A program made the translations under genes and the position numbers. Below the pieces are notes generated by a model that worked only from the letters and a program-made list of their open reading frames with translations, was not told the origin of the DNA and searched no databases. DNA of 63,918 bases, counting the filler, from Pirum gemmata (taxonomy: Eukaryota): the NCBI GenBank assembly GCA_002812295.1. It is 19 parts of 19 records of this genome, joined end to end, with 100 filler letters (N's around TTAATTAATTAA, not from the genome) between each part and the next. Parts side by side here need not be neighbours in the genome. Positions count along the whole stretch, not along the records: positions 40,356 to 44,686 come from PDIN01003162.1; positions 44,787 to 48,012 come from PDIN01003163.1; positions 48,113 to 51,316 come from PDIN01003164.1; positions 51,417 to 54,641 come from PDIN01003165.1; 15 more parts are not named here. One strand, written 5' to 3'. Shown here one piece after another: positions 40,382-53,377 of the stretch; position 1 is the stretch's first letter, and the number at the start of each line of letters is the position of its first letter.

Positions 40382-41122
40382 AAATGTAAAAGTGAATTTA
40401 TGAGTCAAGGGTTTATGAAGAATCCTGAACTTAAAGAAGCCTTTGAAAAAAAAATTAATTTGTCTTCTACTGCTTATAAAAACCAGAATTTTAGTTTAAT
40501 TGATTCATATGGGATACTTTATGTCGACTTATTACCAATTATTCAAAGAGACTATAAACTTCCAAACTATAAACTGAAAACTGTTTCTCAAAATTTCTTA
40601 CAAGATTCCAAAGACGATTTAGGACCAGCTGATATTTTTCGCGCTTATGAAGATGGGATATTAAATAACAATAATAAAACCGAAAAGAAGAAGAGTATTT
40701 TATTAGGATTATGTGGCAAATATTGTATTAAAGATAGCATTTTATGTGTTGACTTATTCAATAAACTACAAAGCTGGTTTACCTTAGTCGAACTTAGTCG
40801 TGTGACTCACGTTCCAATAATCAGTCTGTACACGCAAGGAATGCAAATTAGGGTTTTTGCACAAGTTTATCGGAACTGTATTAAAGAAAATATTCTTGTT
40901 GAAAGTGATGGTTATATTGCGAAAGAAAACGATAAGTATGAAGGAGCCATGGTATTTGAACCTATTCCAGGAGTTTACAGTAACGTTGTTCCGTTTGATT
41001 TTACTTCATTGTATCCAACTACTATGATTGCATACAACATTTGTTTTACGACACTAGTTAATGAAAACTTAGCACAAAAACAAAACATTATTAATTTAGA
41101 ATTTTTTTATTTTTTAATTTAG
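40382..41122 (+). CDS. polB: Family-B DNA polymerase fragment of large-DNA-virus (iridovirus/Pimascovirales-like) type, truncated
   Basis: Intronless; exonuclease III motif YCIKDS, polymerase region II FDFTSLYPTTMIAYNICFTT, plus SSTAYKNQNF, DLLPIIQRDYKL and LYTQGMQIRVFAQVY. Homology ends after region II. Confidence 0.88.
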   Translation, partial: KCKSEFMSQGFMKNPELKEAFEKKINLSSTAYKNQNFSLIDSYGILYVDLLPIIQRDYKLPNYKLKTVSQNFLQDSKDDLGPADIFRAYEDGILNNNNKTEKKKSILLGLCGKYCIKDSILCVDLFNKLQSWFTLVELSRVTHVPIISLYTQGMQIRVFAQVYRNCIKENILVESDGYIAKENDKYEGAMVFEPIPGVYSNVVPFDFTSLYPTTMIAYNICFTTLVNENLAQKQNIINLEFFYFLI

Positions 41123-41263
41123 AATTTTTTTATTTTTTTTTATTTTTTTATTATTATTTACTTGTTGTTTTTCTTGCTTGTTTTTTTTAAATTTTACCGA
41201 AAAAAATCATCGTATTTATACATAGGGATTTTAATTCATTATGGGAAATTAATAATAATATTA

Positions 41264-41295
<32 letters not shown>

Positions 41296-43617
41296 CATAA
41301 AGACTAATAGACTTATATTATAAATAGTACAATAATGGTTCTTATTGATGGGAAAAATTTAATTATAGAATTTTGGTTCGTATCNGTTTTCTAAATTATA
41401 TCGTTATGTAAAATTTAATAGATTAAGAGTCCAATGACTCAAAGATATTTTTTTTAAAAGTAATAAAAACTATGAAAACCCGATGAAAATAAGGAAACAG
41501 AAAACTGATGAAAATAGAGAAAAGGAAAACTGATGAACCCCAATTCCAGTAATATTAACTAGAATATCTCAATGAGAGGTATAGATAAGTTAGATAGAAC
41601 AATAAGCTATGATTTCAATGTAAAATTTAACGCGGCCTCTGATTTGGCCTCTGATTTGAAAAAAATGAATATGGTAAAAAAAAGTTCCAATTATGATGTT
41701 ATTGTCCGAAGTAATCAGTTTTTTTAATAGTTTTTATGAACAGTACAGTATTTTCTTTTTATTATCATACTTTTCGGTTTTCTTGACTAGCTTTTTTCAG
41801 ATTTACGCTCTTGTTTTTTCTTTTCTTCCTTTTAACCACCTATCCTAACTCTATCTAAAGTTGTCGGTCTAAAACTGGACGAGGTCTGGGGCTGAGTCAA
41901 AATCCTAAGCTCAGGCAGTGCTCAGGCCCAAAACCCCCAACCTCCGTATTGAATGGCCTCAACTAAAAAAAATTTGTTTGTTAGCATACGTTTAGTGTCT
42001 TGGTAACGGTTGGTAACCTTTATTCCCTGATTGTTGCTTTTATTAATTAAAAGATATAATAGTGCTTTTCAGTTATTTTTGTTATCATAAAAATTTTAAT
42101 ATACAATAAATAATACCAAATTAATATAATATAAATCCATTTAATTTAATTTGGTATATTTTATTATCTATGTATTAATTTAAAAATATCAATTTAAAGA
42201 TTATAACCCTCCAAATAAATATTCGGAGTGACCAAATAAATGAAAGGCACGGTAAGAAATGTAAATGGTAGCCTAGCCTACTTGCCAGGCACCCTACTAC
42301 TAGTACTGCTGCTCTATAGACTATAATATTAGTGCATTTTTTGGCACAAAAATTATTGATTTCTTTGTAATTTAGACTATCGGGCTAGTAACAAACTTTT
42401 CGGGAAATGAGAATGAATTGACACGATAATTTCAGTGTCTTTCACCACTTAATATTGACGTAATTTCCTTTCATTTGATATACTTTTCGTCTCAATAAAT
42501 TGACACGATACTTTCAGTGTCTTTCACCACTTAATATTGACAGCTTTCACGGGATTGGCCGATCATGATCATAAATTTTGAAATGAGAATCAAAAAAAAA
42601 TTTTTTTCGACCTGATCAGGTATGGTAGTGATTGGCAATTTGGAGCTTGACCCCCTAGGCTTGACCCCCCTAGAATCCGCCTTTCTAAACCGGATCAAGA
42701 AAAATCTATCATATTGTGCTTTTCATTTATTTTGTCACTCTGAACATTTATTTGGTTGATTATGAAAATTAAATTGACCTGTTTAAAAATGAATAAATAG
42801 ATAATAAAATATACCAAATTAAATATAATGGATTTATATAGTATTAATTTGGTACTCTTTATTTTATATTTTATGATGACAAAATTACTGAAAAGCACGA
42901 TATCAATATCATAGAAAAAAAAAAAGTAAGAGGCTCATGACGTCATTAATGTGAATATAAATACACTTTTTGATATGGTTAAAAAGGCAATTTTGTTATA
43001 TATTTAGAAATTTTTTTAGGCTTTACCCACTGGGATTGATTTATAATTTCCTTAAAAAAGACAACTTATTCTAATTTGGTTATTTAATTATACCAAAAAT
43101 AGACAAATGTTACTGTATTTGGTACTTTTTTGAAGGATTTTTTTAACACCCACCCTAAAAATATTCGCAAAAAAAAAGTGGATTCTCGAAAAGTCTATTT
43201 GAAGAGTTATATTGACGAATGATGTTAATGTATTGAAAATATATAAAAACGTTTGATTGGCTGAATGCCAGGAGTATGTCAGGAAAAGTCAGGGAAAAGT
43301 CACCCTAGGAAAAGTCACTCGAAAAGTCAGGAATAAGATTGGAAAACATGACTTCATTTTTACGTAATATTAAACTTTTTACGTAATAATTATAGCTTTT
43401 TACGTAATATTTTCATATTTTAAAAAATATAAGTTACATTTTGATTTGTTTTTAAACAATTAAAGTCAGGATAAAAGTCAGGAAATCAATAGTAAAGCTA
43501 CTTTAAAACTACTAATAATACTTTTTAACTAATCGTTGTATTGATATATTATAAAAAAGTCAGGAAAAGTCAGAAATAATAATAATAATAATAACAATCT
43601 GTGCATTGTGTATCGTG

Positions 43618-43807
43618 AATCGTCTATTTCATCACAGTTGTCCTTTCTATCTTTAATTTGGTACCGTTCAATTGAATAATTGAACTTTTTTATAAATATA
43701 AAATTACTATATGAAATATCAAATTAATTAAAACATGACCAATTAATTATAATTTGGTAAGCTTATTTCAGTTTTTGAACTGGACAACACTATTGAAAAA
43801 CACGATA
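43618..43807 (-). mobile_element. MITE family C (also 10720-10896, 13798-13950, 38810-38998, 62660-62835)
   Basis: Imperfect TIR ATCGTCTATTTCAT / TTGAAAAACACGAT; shared CCAGTTCAAAAACTGAAATAA and TACCAAATTAAAGAT. Confidence 0.75.
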
Positions 43808-43810
43808 TGA

Positions 43811-44020
43811 TAACCTTAACCTTAACCTTAACCTTAACCTTAACCTTAACCTTAACCTTAACCTTAACCTTAACCTTAACCTTAACTTTAATCTTAACTT
43901 TAACTTTAATAAACTTTAAATTTAACTTTTTAACTTTAACTTTAACTTTAACTTCAACCAACCTTAACCTTAACCTTACTCTCAATCTTAATCTTATTAA
44001 TTTTATAACCTTAACCTTAA
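43811..44020 (-). repeat. (TTAAGG)n/(TTAAAG)n telomere-variant tract
   Basis: CCTTAA tandem degrading to CTTTAA. Confidence 0.9.
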
Positions 44021-44275
44021 TTCTTCTAGGAAAAAGGCAAGTATGGTATTTGCTATAGTGTGTGTAGGTAACGGTTTGGTTATCATATTTATTAATCTAA
44101 TATCAATGCTTTATAAATTATTAATACATATTATTAATATTATATAATTAATACTTTTTATATAATACAATTATATATTATAATTATTATTATTATCATT
44201 ATTGTAATTATTATTATTATTATTATTTTACTTATTCATTTATTTATTAAATCATATTATTTCTTTGTTTTTGTT

Positions 44276-44600
44276 TTAATAGTATTTTGACAATTTCGAA
44301 GGTTGTCGAGTTAATTGTGCTTCATTCTTATTTGTTGTTGATTGATTGGCTTCTTGTATTACTTCTATGTCTAAATCCAAATCTTTAATAATAATTAACT
44401 TTGTTAATTGAGAACGAGTAACATCAGCGTTAAAGGCAATTTGACGTTGGTAAGCTTTTTGTTTTAACTTTTCAATGGAATAAGTGCCCAACTCTTTTAT
44501 CAATTCTTGAACATTTTTTTCCGGAGTTGTTGTTAGTGTTTGATTTGGTTTTTTGGATGCTTTTTCGGATTGAGCTTGTGATTGAGAAGGTTTTCCGCCA
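44276..44600 (-). CDS. Terminal exon of an unknown protein with a possible helix-extension-helix (SAP/HeH/Rho-N-like) motif
   Basis: Acceptor TATTAG|, 107 open codons including LGTYSIEKLKQKAYQRQIAFNADVTRSQLTKLII, TAA stop. Confidence 0.6.
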
Positions 44601-44601
44601 C

Positions 44602-44634
<33 letters not shown>

Positions 44635-47569
44635 GTAATGTTTAATAAAGATAGTAATTATAGAAATTGTTATCAGATTCTATTAANNNNNNNNNNNNNN
44701 NNNNNNNNNNNNNNNNNNNNNNNNNNNNNNTTAATTAATTAANNNNNNNNNNNNNNNNNNNNNNNNNNNNNNNNNNNNNNNNNNNNATATATATACTTAC
44801 TTACATTCTGTCCCCCCTTTATATATATATATATACACTTACATTCTGCACATTTTTCATTTTCTGTGTATAATAATTTGTAAAAATCAATGACACTTAA
44901 TTAAATTATACTTTTTAAATCTAGGGAGATGATTTTTTGGACTATGTATCGAAATTCATTTTTCTCGGCGATGACCGAAATATTAAAAACATTTATGTGG
45001 AAGGAAGATGTGTAAAATCTTAGTTACATTTTTCGTCATAGTTTTCCATGGCTCTTTTTCTTTTCTTAATGTTTTAAACCGTTGGATAGTTGTATTATAA
45101 GTAATATAGATTACAAAATCTTGGCTACATTTGTTATGGTTTTGATAGCATTTTTTCTTTTCATGACATGTTAAAACGTTGGCTAATCGTATTATAAGGA
45201 ATTTAGGGTATTGTGACAATGATGTTGTATTTACTAAGTGTAATTTCATTTGGTAAATAGTTCGAACGAAAATTATATAAGTATATTCGAAAAAGTTGTT
45301 TTAATTAAGAAAAACTTCAATTCAAAGAAAAACAAACAAACAAACAAACAAAACAAAACAAAACAAAACAAAACAAAACAAAACAAAACCCAAACTAACA
45401 AACTAACAAAAAAACCTATGTTGAACGTTCCCTTACTAATATTAAATTTGTTATAAACTTAAATTCAAACAAAACAAAGTAAACAAACAAACTAACATTT
45501 AGATCTGATATTGGCAAATTAAATGAAAATCCCCGAAAATTCCGGAAACTCCTTTTAAAAGCAAAAAAAAGTGGGGAGGATGCAGGAGCGAACTAAAAAC
45601 CGCATATATATGGATACACATATGGGCTTTTCGGCATTATATGACCCCCAGTCCAGTACGATCATTAAATATTTTTAATGCAAAAGATCTATTATTAGTA
45701 GTAAAAACGAGTTGAAATTTCGAATTTTTAAAACTATCAAATAGTGAAGAAATTTACTTTACTTACTGCTAGTATCTTAACTCTCACTCTCTCTTTTTCT
45801 TTACCTTGGATTATATATATACATGAAGTATCAGATAATATATATATATATATATATATAAAGGATAGGCTCAGCTTTTTAAATTAAATACGAGTCATAT
45901 GTATTTTATATTTATAATGAAATCGAGTTGGAAAAGATAGGTTCGAAATTCCAATGTCTCTATAATATATAAATATATTATTAGCATGTCCAATCCGGTT
46001 GGTTATATTTATTATTCCCATTTTTTTTTTTAAAGTCGTGAAGACAACCATTGAATTCAAATCATTTTTTTTATTTTTTTATTTTATTTTATTTTATTGA
46101 ACCGGCAAAGAGACCGTGTCAAAATTTATTTAGTAATTGTTTATGGGTCATGTAACTAATCGAATTAAAAAATAATAATAAACCAATGTCAATTTAGAGG
46201 TTGAAACAAGCAAACTTTGTTATTGAATTTTCTTCATAGCATCATGATTACCCATTCTATAAACATTTATATTTTGTTGCTAGATTGTCACTTTAATCCC
46301 AAAAAAGCCAAACTAAAGCAACAAAAAGTGAATCTATACTATCTAGAATTTTTTACTAATAATTTTTCTCACTTTTTTCTCCCAAAGTATGGCAATTTTT
46401 TTTTATTATTCCAAATTGGCTCGATATAGTTTTTTTCGTTTTCGAACACGAATCAACATAAATCACACGTCATCATAAAAAAAGCACCCATCTGTCAGAG
46501 TCTACTAATAATTTAAACAACACATTTTGCTGACAGGGACGCCTAATTTCCTCCAAAACTCGAAATTTCCAAAGTTTGTTTTGTTTTTAAAATACAATAA
46601 AAAGGATTTATTAAATGTTTAAATTTTATTTGATATATTTAATTGGCCCTTTCTATATAACTTGGGTAATGATTATGATAGCTCCCCTCATTTCTAACTC
46701 TTTTTTTTTTTTTCTATCATATCGTGATATGATATTATAATATTATATGATATGGTCATATGGGATAATGAGAGCGTAACGCCAATTTCCAGTCAAATAT
46801 AGCTTCAAATACCCCTACTTACCTACCCCTCGACGTTAATTTCCTGTCAAATACCACCTACCTACCCACCCCTTGACGTGACGTATTATTTGAATGCTCC
46901 CTATCATCTCTCTAGCTAGTTTATCATAACATACTCATAACATTATTATAATATTATATAGTGCTTTTCAATTATTTTGTCGTCATAAAATATACAATAA
47001 ATAGCACCAAAATAATACAATATAAATCCTTTTAATTTAATTAGGTATATTTTATTATCTATTTATTGATTTAAAAATGTCAAATAAATATTATAACCCT
47101 CCAAATAAATATTTCGAGTGACAAAATAAATGAAAAGCACAATAGTATACTGATAGTATGATGATAATATTATATGCGCTGTGGTACCCTCTCATAGTCT
47201 ACCGAAAAGAAAAAAGAAATTTTAACGGTAACATCAAAACGTCATGGATTTTTCGAGGAGCCCGCAGGAAAAAAAAAGAGAAAAAAAAAAAAGTCAGGAA
47301 AAAATCCTGCATTTTTCAGGGATTCAACTTTCAGAAATGATTTTTTTTTTATTAGTGTTTATTAGTGTTTATTAGTAGTAGGATAATAATATTATGTTAT
47401 AGTTAAATAAACTTTAATCAACTGCCAGTAGTACAACCAATACTTACAACAAATATTTATCATTGAGGTTCATTAACTCATCAGTCACATTAATCTTGAA
47501 TAATTCTCTTTGTTGTCTAACACCTATCTGTAATGAGCTTTTTCTTTCTTGCTTTTATGTATACGTTCA

Positions 47570-47920
47570 TTAATTAATCCCTTCACTGACACTGTGTTCT
47601 TCATCATCTGTGTCATCATTATCATCTTGATTAACATCTAAATTTGAATCTTTGCCATCGATAATGTGTTCAATTTCTCCTACAATGCGTTCGTCACGAA
47701 GAAAGTCGAGTTCATGAAAAGGTGTTTTTAAACTAGCTGCTTCTCCAGCGATTTTGCTCCACTTTTGTAAAAAACTGGTGCAAGTAGCGTGCTTTGCCGC
47801 ATCTAGTGAACTTCTGGAAATGTAATATATAGGATAAAGTAATACTGCACCATGAGTACACCTTAAGCTTCCGTCAATACCATTTCCATATTCACACCAT
47901 ACACGAATCCGTTTTATTTT
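47570..47920 (-). pseudogene. Decayed SWIM-type zinc-finger ORF of probable transposon origin
   Basis: VWCEYGNGIDGSLRCTHGAVLLY...ATCTSFLQKW fits CxC..CxH..LL followed by CTSxxQxW with the second Cys lost; acidic linker, then a stop and frameshifts. Confidence 0.6.
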
Positions 47921-48505
47921 TATTGTTTTGTTGTTGTTGTTGTTGTTGTTGTTTATTATTATTATTATTATTTATTATTATTATTTATTATTATTATTAT
48001 TATTTATTATTTNNNNNNNNNNNNNNNNNNNNNNNNNNNNNNNNNNNNNNNNNNNNTTAATTAATTAANNNNNNNNNNNNNNNNNNNNNNNNNNNNNNNN
48101 NNNNNNNNNNNNAATAATAATAATAATAATAATGGGCTATAACAATTATAATAAGTCAATATTTTATTATATATAATCAAGAAGATTTTAAAATTTGCTT
48201 TAAAAAAAAGATTTTTAAAAAAGTTAAGAAATTTGTACAACAGTACAAAGGCTGCTGTACAATGTAGTCTATATAATAATATTATATTATCAGATACCTA
48301 GCTAGCTAGCAAGATTGTAGTTGTAGTTGATTTTGTAAAAAATCATCCCCTAGCTAGCTAGACACTCTACTCTAGCTAGCTAGACTAGCTGGAGAATCTC
48401 CAGAATCTGAATTCTGAAAAGCGAAGATTACAAGTTGCTCAAGCAGCTCAACCTCCTAAAAAATAAATGTCGTAACAAAAGTTACACAACTCTAAGTCTC
48501 TACTC

Positions 48506-48651
48506 AGTAGGGGTGAGATGACGTCATTTTATTATTACCAAACAGCTGCCAAAACTTTTCCGATTTTATGGTTTATTACTATTAATGTTAATATTATTAC
48601 TTTAATTGGTATCTACTATAATTAAATTCCAGTAGATATCTCACCCCTACT
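48506..48651 (+). mobile_element. Internally deleted MITE family A copy with 8-bp TSD CTCTACTC
   Basis: Both TIRs; TSD at 48498-48505 and 48652-48659. Confidence 0.92.
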
Positions 48652-50526
48652 CTCTACTCTCTAGCTACAAAACTTCTTTATTAGTAATACAAAACTTGAG
48701 CAAAAAAAAAAAAAAAAAAAACGGCAAAATGCCAAAAAGATAACCAAACTCTGGGAGTTCTCTCTACTGTAAGTCTGTCTAGCTAGCAGTAGCTAGCTAG
48801 GTACCGTGCTGCTGTATCAGCTGCTGTACGGCCTGTTACCTGTACCCCACAAAAAATTAAATAATTTTTTTTTATATGATAATATTATACTATGATATCA
48901 TAATTATTAGAAAAAATGAGAGACCAAATTTCACCAAAATGACTCCAAAATGAAACAGACACAACCAAAACCAAAAGACCAAAACATCCCAACTGTGGGC
49001 CTTGCACCGTTGCACGGTTGGACCGTGGCCCAACAAATGGGAAATAGAACTGAAGTATTTTAATTTTTTTTTTAAAAAAAAAGTTTATAAAACTAGCTAG
49101 CTAATTAAAACCACTAGCCAAATTAGATATTAATAAATAAGACAGTAAATTTATTAGAAGACGAAGTTTTGAGTGCGAATCACTCAGAGTCTCAGAGTCT
49201 GAGATGCCATTCGGACTTTCAGAGATGTCAATTCGACTCATTCTATCGATAATGTGGTCATCGTTGAGACAGTGAGACCCCGTCGAGTGGGGACTATATG
49301 TGGCCTAATAGGAGTAATACTGGAGTAATGTCTTTATAATATTGTGCTTTTCACTTATTTTGTCACTCCGAATATTTATTTGGTGGGGTATATAACATTT
49401 AAATTGACATGTTTAAAGGAATATATAGATAATAAAACATACCGAATTAAATTAAATGGATTGGTATTGTATTAATATTGGTACTTTTTATTTGTGTGTT
49501 TTATGATGACAAAACAACTGAAGTTGTTGTCTGTAAAATCATATAATTAGTCTATAGTATCATATCACAGTCTCACAGAGTATCATAATAATGCATATCG
49601 ATATAATATTATTATAGAGCTTATTATGATAATATTATGATGTAATTTAGATTATTATAGTAGCTAGCTACTAGCTAGAAGAGATCTGTAGCTAGGCGAC
49701 TACTACTACGATGGCTAGCTAGCTAGCTAGAGTAGGCGACTGTAGGCGTTTAATATATAAATAAATAAAAATTAATTTACTATCATACACGATAGAAACT
49801 GATGTAATTTTCTCTTGTTTTATTTTTATATATTATACTAACTAGTACTAATAACATTTATTACTATTTATTAATAGTATAAATTAATATTATTGATATA
49901 TTTTAATGATAAAATATTATGCATTGCTATAGTTATATGATATTATATATAACACTATACTACTATCGTTATCGTTATATTACAATATAATAATATTATA
50001 TAATATTATAATATTATATAATAATATAATGACATTTACTATTCAATTAAAATAATATTATTAATAAACCCATTATTAATATTAATACTATTAATTACGT
50101 ATAACTATAGTATATTAATATTATACGATTTAATTGATTATGACATGTTCAATAGCTGTAGTAATATATTATTATAATTAATTAATGTTAACGTTATACA
50201 TAATATATATAGACACCTTTGCCGTTATATATATTATGTAATGTGATAATGAAAAATGTTGTTTTTGGGTTTAAATTTGATTGTTTCAAGAAAAATGCAA
50301 AAATCTTTGTATAATATAAAATTAAAAGTCATATAATATATTATTATTATATTATGGTCTTTCGAACCTTATATTTATAATTATATATTTTAATATTATA
50401 TTAATACCAGTGAGCATATTCATGTAACAGTACATAGAATAATACTTTATAATTGTAAAGTTGATTAGTTTTGAATCCCTAATACACAAGTAAATTTTCT
50501 TTTTATCCAAAGTAAAAGATTGTTGA

Positions 50527-50653
50527 TATAGTCACTTTATGCATAATAAACGTAAAATTGTGCGAATACTGACACCAAATATAGCACTGAATACAAAAGT
50601 GCCAGTATTCGCACAATTTAAATTTTACGTTTATTATGCATAAAGTGTCTATA
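50527..50653. other. Compact hairpin of about 127 bp (tiny MITE or structured RNA precursor)
   Basis: Stem of about 48 bp with one bulge and a loop of about 24 nt. Confidence 0.75.
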
Positions 50654-51663
50654 GATATAAATATATATTATATTGATACTAATTATATATTAATTAATAC
50701 GTAGATGCTTGTGTAATAAAGTGTATTATAATAATCGATCAAATATTAATATAGTATATATATTAATATTAATATCAAGCTGTAATAACAAGATAAGTTG
50801 GCTTCTAAATATTATATATTATAATTATGCAGTTATTAATATTATGCTTTAATTCTTTGTTTTCATGTTATTGTGAATTTTAACATTAAATTTTTTAAAC
50901 TAATTAATTTATCATAACTACGGGCTGGGTCCCAGTGCTCTCAATTATACCACCAGAGAGTACCAGAGTGTAGTCTCTATTCTATAAAAAGTGGCATGAA
51001 TATTATATATATTAATAATATTACATGTAATTAATCTGTTCAATAATAATATTCATCAATTAATTCCTGAGTATGAAATTTATTAAATGTATATTATAAT
51101 AACATAGCATGTGCATTTACGTTATTATACTATGTATTTTTGTATCTTCTACTGTAATTGGACTTCTAAATGCTTTTATTCGTTGTTTTTTGTTGTGATT
51201 TATTTATTATTATATTTTAATTATATTATATATATATATATTAATAAGTAAATTTAACTTGCATCGAAACTATTTTATATTATATTATATTAATATAATA
51301 ACTTTTATTTATTTATNNNNNNNNNNNNNNNNNNNNNNNNNNNNNNNNNNNNNNNNNNNNTTAATTAATTAANNNNNNNNNNNNNNNNNNNNNNNNNNNN
51401 NNNNNNNNNNNNNNNNTAATAATAAAAAGCGAACAAATTTATAAAGAATCGTAACATATTTATAAAGAAATTAGAAAATATGGAAATTCCAAAACTAAAG
51501 CAGATAGAAAAATTAAAAATAAAAGAAAACGACTAAGTAAAAATGAAAATTGGAGCAATATGAAAACTAGAAATTTGTTGAAGATTCTAATATTCTTTGA
51601 ATAACATCAAAATATCAATTCCTATTTGAAAAACTTGAAAAATATTCCTGAAAATATCGAATG

Positions 51664-51832
51664 TTGAAAACTTGAAAAACTTGAAAATTTGAGAAACTTG
51701 AAAAACTTGAAAAACTTCAAAAACTTGAAAAACTTCAAAACTTCAAAAACTTCAAAAACTTCAAAAACTTCAAAAACTTCAAAAACTTCAAAAACTTCAA
51801 AACTTCAAAACTTCAAAACTTCAAAACTTCAA
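51664..51832 (+). repeat. 9-bp (AAAAACTTC/G)n minisatellite
   Basis: Direct reading. Confidence 0.9.
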
Positions 51833-52311
51833 TCTAAACGTTCGAACACTTTCGAAATTCCTCCTTTCAAATAGAAAAAAGAGGCCGAGAAAAACAAAGA
51901 CAAAAAGAAGAGCAAAAACCAAAACCAAACCAAAGCAAAATAGCAAAAGCAAACAAAAACAAAACACAACAAAACAAAAATGAAATGAAAACAAAATATA
52001 AAGATAGAAGCACTCAACAGACCAAAAACTATTGGCTAGAGTATCATAAACCAATTTTGTGAAATTTTGCAATTGTGAAACTCAAAACCGAAGTTAGTGA
52101 TAGAAAAAATAGCTTTTTTTTTTAATTGTTATTTTTGCTCTTTCTTTTTTTTTTAGTATAAAAAGAAGGGAAATCTATAACCAAACCAACTTTCCTGTAT
52201 ATAGACATTCCACATTGTTTTCTTGTAATATATATATATATATATATATATACTATCTTAATCATTAATGTATTAATTGTTATTTCTACTCATCTGGTTT
52301 TTTGAATGTAG

Positions 52312-53313
52312 AAAATCACAAAGCAAATCTCGAAGCCGTAGCCGCAGTCGTTCTTCTTCCCCAGCAAAAAAAGATGATCGTGAAGGCGACCGTAGTAAAA
52401 GTAGAAGCAGAAGTAAGAGTAAAAGTAGAGAAAGGGAAAGAGAACGAAAGAGAAGCCGAAGCAGAGAGCGAAAGAGAAGCCGAAGCAGAGACAGAAACCG
52501 AAGAAGAAGCCGAAGCAGAGACAGAAAATCCCGTAGAAGTCGTAGCAGATCGCGAGGAGGTGGAAGGTATTTTTCTTTTTTTAAATTGTTATTTCTTTTT
52601 ATTTTAGGACATGTTTTGATTTTGATTTTATTTATCTTATTTTACTTTTAGTTTAATTTATTTTAATTTATTTCTTATTTTTTTGATTTAATTTTGTGTT
52701 TTTAATTATTACGATTAGTTTATTTACTTACTTGTTGTTTGTGTTTGTTTTGTGTTTAGAGATAATAGGGATAATAGAAGAGGTGGTGGAAGAGGAAGGG
52801 GCCGAAGTAGAAGTCCTCAACCAGAGAGTCAAGTGCTTGGGTATGTTATAATTATTTTTGTAATACAATAACATAATTATATAATAATATATACTATATT
52901 ATAATGGTAATAATAATAATAATGGTACGTAATAATAATTGATAGTTAAATCAATTTTTACATACTTATTTTTTTTTTTAAAAAAACACACACCTAACAT
53001 ACTTTTTGTTTGTTTGTTTGTGTTTTCTTGTAGTGTGTTTGGTTTAAGCTCATATACAAAGGAACGTGATTTAGAAGATATTTTTTATGAATATGGTGAT
53101 TTGGAGAAGGTGCAATTGATTATGGATAGACAGGTAACAATATAATAAACAAAACAAAACAACAATTTTGATTGTCATTTTTTTTTTGGTGAAAGTCTTT
53201 GTGTTTTAAGTTGTTACGTTGTGGTTAAATTTAAACTTTTTTTGTTTCTAATTGTTTAATTAGTTGTTAATTGTAGTTGTTTTGTTTTGATTTGGTGGTG
53301 GTTTTTTTTTGCC

Positions 53314-53377
<64 letters not shown>

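Noticed and set aside
40400..41122. Host DNA polymerase delta
   Set aside because: Intronless, and motif variants fit viral PolB better; phylogeny is still needed.
42416..42541. CRISPR array
   Set aside because: Only two repeats, eukaryotic context, no cas genes.
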